Assembly: GCA_964291265.2 (NCBI GenBank)
Contig: OZ219747.1
Span: 2,080,001 to 2,144,000, forward strand
Reading direction: 5' to 3'
Source of the DNA: Alphaproteobacteria bacterium
GTDB lineage: Bacteria > Pseudomonadota > Alphaproteobacteria > SP197
DNA: 64,000 nt
Shown one piece after another: positions 61,383-64,000 of the stretch. Position numbers and translations under genes: made by a program. Position 1 is the stretch's first letter; each line of letters begins with the position of its first letter. Under the pieces are notes generated by a model. It saw nothing but the letters and a program-made list of their open reading frames with translations. It was not told the origin of the DNA and did not search any database.

Positions 61383-62506
61383 GCGTCAGTCCTTCCGAGA
61401 ACGGAGCCCACGGCCTCTGCCGCTTCAGCCATCATGCCGTCGGCGAGATGCGTGTACTTGAGAGTGGTCGCGGGATCGTTGTGACCGAGCAGTCGACCGA
61501 CGGTGAGAATGTTCTCTCCGTGCATGACGGCAAGGGAGGCGTAGGTGTGACGCAGGTCGTGAAGGCGCACATCCTCCAGGCGCGCTTCGGAGCGCACACG
61601 CATCCAGAAGTATCCGATGGCGCCTTGCGAGATGGACCTGGCGGTGGTCCTTGGCGATGGAAACATCCAAGGCGAACGACGAGGCAACGTCTTCAGGACC
61701 TTACGGGCGGGAGCCGACAGCCAGACCATGCGTGGCCCCGTCTTGGAATCTGCGAGATGGAGATGACCCTCGCGGTAATCCGCCCAGCGCAGCGACAGGA
61801 TCTCCTGGCTTCGGCACCCGGTGAGGAGCAGGAGGCGGATGATCGCCACCTGTGCCGGGAAGTGCGCTTCATGGTCCTGCAGCACGCGCCCGAGCCGGCG
61901 GACCTCCTCCACGCAGCAGAAGCGCTCCCGTCCCTGCCGTCGATAGCGCCTGATGCCCCGGCACGGATTGCTGCCTTCAGGCCGGTATCCGTAGTCCTCG
62001 GCACGGGCCATGATGACCGAGAGAACCGGAGCCGACCGGTCGGCTGCGACCGGCGTCGCGTGCAGGGAGGCGAACCACTCCTGAACATCGCCGCGCACGA
62101 TCTCCGCGATCTGGCGTCCACGGAACCACGGCAGGATATGGTTGCGGTAGTAGCCCCGGTTGACCGTGAGCGTACTGGGCTTCCATGTGCGCCCGTACCG
62201 GCGAAAGACCTCCTCGGCAACCGTCTCGAACAGGGTCTCGTGCGATGAAGCGGGAGCGCCGCTTCTGATGGCGGCGAGCATGGCCTGTGCGCGTTGTCTG
62301 GCCTCGGCGAGACCGATCCCGGCAGCGTCACCGACGATCTTCCAGATCCTCTGCCCATCATGCTGGGTATGGATGAAGTAGCGCTTGCGCCCCGATGGGT
62401 AGACACGGATGCCGAATCCCCTGAGATGGGCGTCACGGATGTCCCGGGCAGTTCTGCGAGGACGCAGGGCCTTGATGCGGCTCTCGGTGAGATGTGTTGC
62501 GGCCAT
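61379..62506 (-). CDS. Tyrosine integrase (pair member A)
   Basis: GFGIRVYPSGRK, TGCRSQEI, DSKTG, LHDLRH, LLGHNDPATTLKY; ATGA-coupled to B. Confidence 0.93.
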   Translation of the reverse strand: MAATHLTESRIKALRPRRTARDIRDAHLRGFGIRVYPSGRKRYFIHTQHDGQRIWKIVGDAAGIGLAEARQRAQAMLAAIRSGAPASSHETLFETVAEEVFRRYGRTWKPSTLTVNRGYYRNHILPWFRGRQIAEIVRGDVQEWFASLHATPVAADRSAPVLSVIMARAEDYGYRPEGSNPCRGIRRYRRQGRERFCCVEEVRRLGRVLQDHEAHFPAQVAIIRLLLLTGCRSQEILSLRWADYREGHLHLADSKTGPRMVWLSAPARKVLKTLPRRSPWMFPSPRTTARSISQGAIGYFWMRVRSEARLEDVRLHDLRHTYASLAVMHGENILTVGRLLGHNDPATTLKYTHLADGMMAEAAEAVGSVLGRTDA

Positions 62507-62901
62507 GGAGTCTCCCTCGAATGCGAGTTGCAGGAGCGGGAGATTCCGCTCGCGAAATCGCCTGCAGTTGCAGAAACGAGAGAGAAAATACGGCGTTAGT
62601 TCAGTTGTTTAGCACCACAGGTGCGTCCCGCGGTGTCGGAGAACCCATGCACGTCCGCACGCCTTCTGTTGGGACCCTGGGAGGTCTTCGAACTATCCCG
62701 CCTGTCGTGGCGGGACCGTGTAGGGAAAGGAGAAAGCCGAAGCCTATGAGGAACGGTTTGAAGAAGTCGGATGGGGCCGTAAGACCGGTGAAGGCGGCGA
62801 ACAAGGGAGCGTCAGCTTCTGCGGAGTCGCTGGAGGAAAGGGCCTCAACCAAGGGGAATCCGGGACGCCAAAGCACGCACCGAACGCAGTGTCGGGCAAG
62901 T

Positions 62902-64000
62902 GTGCCACAGGCGGCGGACCGGATACGGGAAGCTGCAGAGAGGAACCCGAAGGAGCGTCTCACTGCACTCTTCCATCACATTACGCCGGACGCGCTCCGG
63001 GCGGCCTACTTCGGTTTGAAGAAGGAAGCCTCGGCAGGTGTCGACGGCGTGACGTGGGCGGCGTATGGCGAGGGTCTGGACGAGCGCTTGCTTGATCTGC
63101 ACTCGCGCCTGCATCGTGGGGGAGCGTACCGGGCGCCGCCGGTTCGGCGGGTTGAGATACCCAAGCCGGACGGCGGGACACGACCGCTCGGGATTGCCGC
63201 ACTGGAGGACAAGATCGTCCAGAAGGCGGTTGTGGATGTGATCCTGACACCGATTTATGAGGTGGAGTTCCTTGGCTTCAGCTACGGGTTCCGACCGGGC
63301 CGAGGGGCGCATGACGCTCTCGACGCCCTGGCGTTCGGGATCGAGCGGCGCAAGGTCAACTGGATAGTCGACGCGGACATTCAGGGGTACTTCGACACAA
63401 TCCCGAGGGATTGGTTGATCAAGTTCCTGGAGCATCGCATTGGCGACAGGCGGGTGATCCGTCTGATCCGCAAGTGGCTGAACGCTGGCGTCATGACCGA
63501 CGGATCATGGAGCGACACCGGTGCGGGCACGCCTCAGGGCGCCATTGTCAGCCCCTGCCTGGCGAACGTGTTTCTGCACTACGTGCTCGATCTGTGGTTT
63601 CACAAGGCATGGCGTCCGAAGGTTCCGAACGGTAAAGCGATCATTGTCCGCTACGCGGACGATATTGTGGTCGGGTTCCAGCATAAGCGGGATGCGGAGA
63701 CATACCTTCGCGACGTTCGGGAGAGGCTGGACCGCTTTGGTCTCACCCTTCACCCGGACAAGACCCGTCTCGTTGAGTTTGGACGGTTTGCCAAGGCGAA
63801 CCGGCGATCTCGCGGGGCGGGCAGGCCGGAGACGTTCGACTTCCTGGGCTTCACGCACTTCTGCACGGAGACCCGGAGAGGACGCTTCAGGCTTGGTCGC
63901 AAGCCGGTCGCAAAACGGGTCGCAAGGACCCTGGCGCGCATCGAGGAGGTGCTTCGCAATCGACGGCATCACGACATATGGGAGGTCGGCATGTGGCTTG
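62902..64000 (+). CDS. ltrA: Group II intron reverse transcriptase/maturase; runs off the window, absent from the ORF track
   Basis: Manual translation: LTALFHHI, AGVDG, IPKPDGGTRPLGI, SYGFRPGRGAH, DADIQGYFD, GTPQG, RYADD, FDFLGF. Confidence 0.95.
   Translation, partial: MPQAADRIREAAERNPKERLTALFHHITPDALRAAYFGLKKEASAGVDGVTWAAYGEGLDERLLDLHSRLHRGGAYRAPPVRRVEIPKPDGGTRPLGIAALEDKIVQKAVVDVILTPIYEVEFLGFSYGFRPGRGAHDALDALAFGIERRKVNWIVDADIQGYFDTIPRDWLIKFLEHRIGDRRVIRLIRKWLNAGVMTDGSWSDTGAGTPQGAIVSPCLANVFLHYVLDLWFHKAWRPKVPNGKAIIVRYADDIVVGFQHKRDAETYLRDVRERLDRFGLTLHPDKTRLVEFGRFAKANRRSRGAGRPETFDFLGFTHFCTETRRGRFRLGRKPVAKRVARTLARIEEVLRNRRHHDIWEVGMWL

Larger units (their letters stand above)
49340..62636 (-). 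mobile_element. Twin-integrase integrative mobilisable element (13.3 kb)
   Basis: 10-bp direct repeat CCCGCGGTGT at 49340-49349 and 62627-62636; empty site at 18549-18558; contains integrases and a relaxase. Confidence 0.9.
49100..64000 (+). mobile_element. Group II intron with RT, split by an integrated element (5' part 49100-49349; remainder 62627 to window end)
   Basis: The two parts join at cccgcggtgt to reproduce the continuous sequence at 18309-18860. Confidence 0.9.

Noticed and set aside
28256-62506. One 34-kb composite element bounded by the two inverted integrase pairs
   Set aside because: The right pair has its own att repeats (49340/62627) inside an intron, so the elements are independent.
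62902-64000. Retron, DGR or defence-associated RT
   Set aside because: Motifs and flanking ribozyme sequence are those of a group II intron RT.
1-64000. tRNA/rRNA genes, including as integration targets
   Set aside because: None recognised near either integrase pair or elsewhere; a tRNAscan-SE run would be needed to exclude them.

Overview
High-GC (proteobacterial-like) window made mostly of accessory DNA. (1) 1-4032 and 25216-27847: host genes for a penicillin-acylase family protein, a GH3 protein, a betaine-type ABC substrate-binding protein and hydantoinase/oxoprolinase A. A ~1.2-kb direct duplication of this region brackets a sulfur island carrying aprMBA, sat and a metallophosphoesterase. 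(2) A 15-kb, five-level nest of mobile elements splits the divergent aprM/sat intergenic region: ISAs1 > [IS21 with a Toprim passenger] and [IS1634 > IS66 with a Dam-like passenger > IS66 > ORF-less group II intron]. Each IS junction has readable inverted repeats and a target duplication. (3) ~28.1-46.2 kb: an element with a tandem tyrosine-integrase pair, a complete class I DISARM system (drmD-drmMI-drmA-drmB-drmC) and a Schlafen/AlbA_2 gene. (4) 46.7-64 kb: a second, deeper nest. Its core is a 13.3-kb mobilisable element (tandem integrase pair, MOBF relaxase-helicase, three RHH proteins, type II R-M) integrated, with a 10-bp direct repeat, inside a group II intron whose RT runs off the window end. 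Best candidates for undescribed biology: a family of twin-integrase defence elements sharing a terminal GCACC-N3-GGTGC palindrome; recurrent DNA-modification passengers (DUF4338/Mom-like, TRD-less Dam-like) on unrelated IS families; and an IS21 carrying a primase-like gene. All family calls come from motif recognition by eye, with no database search.
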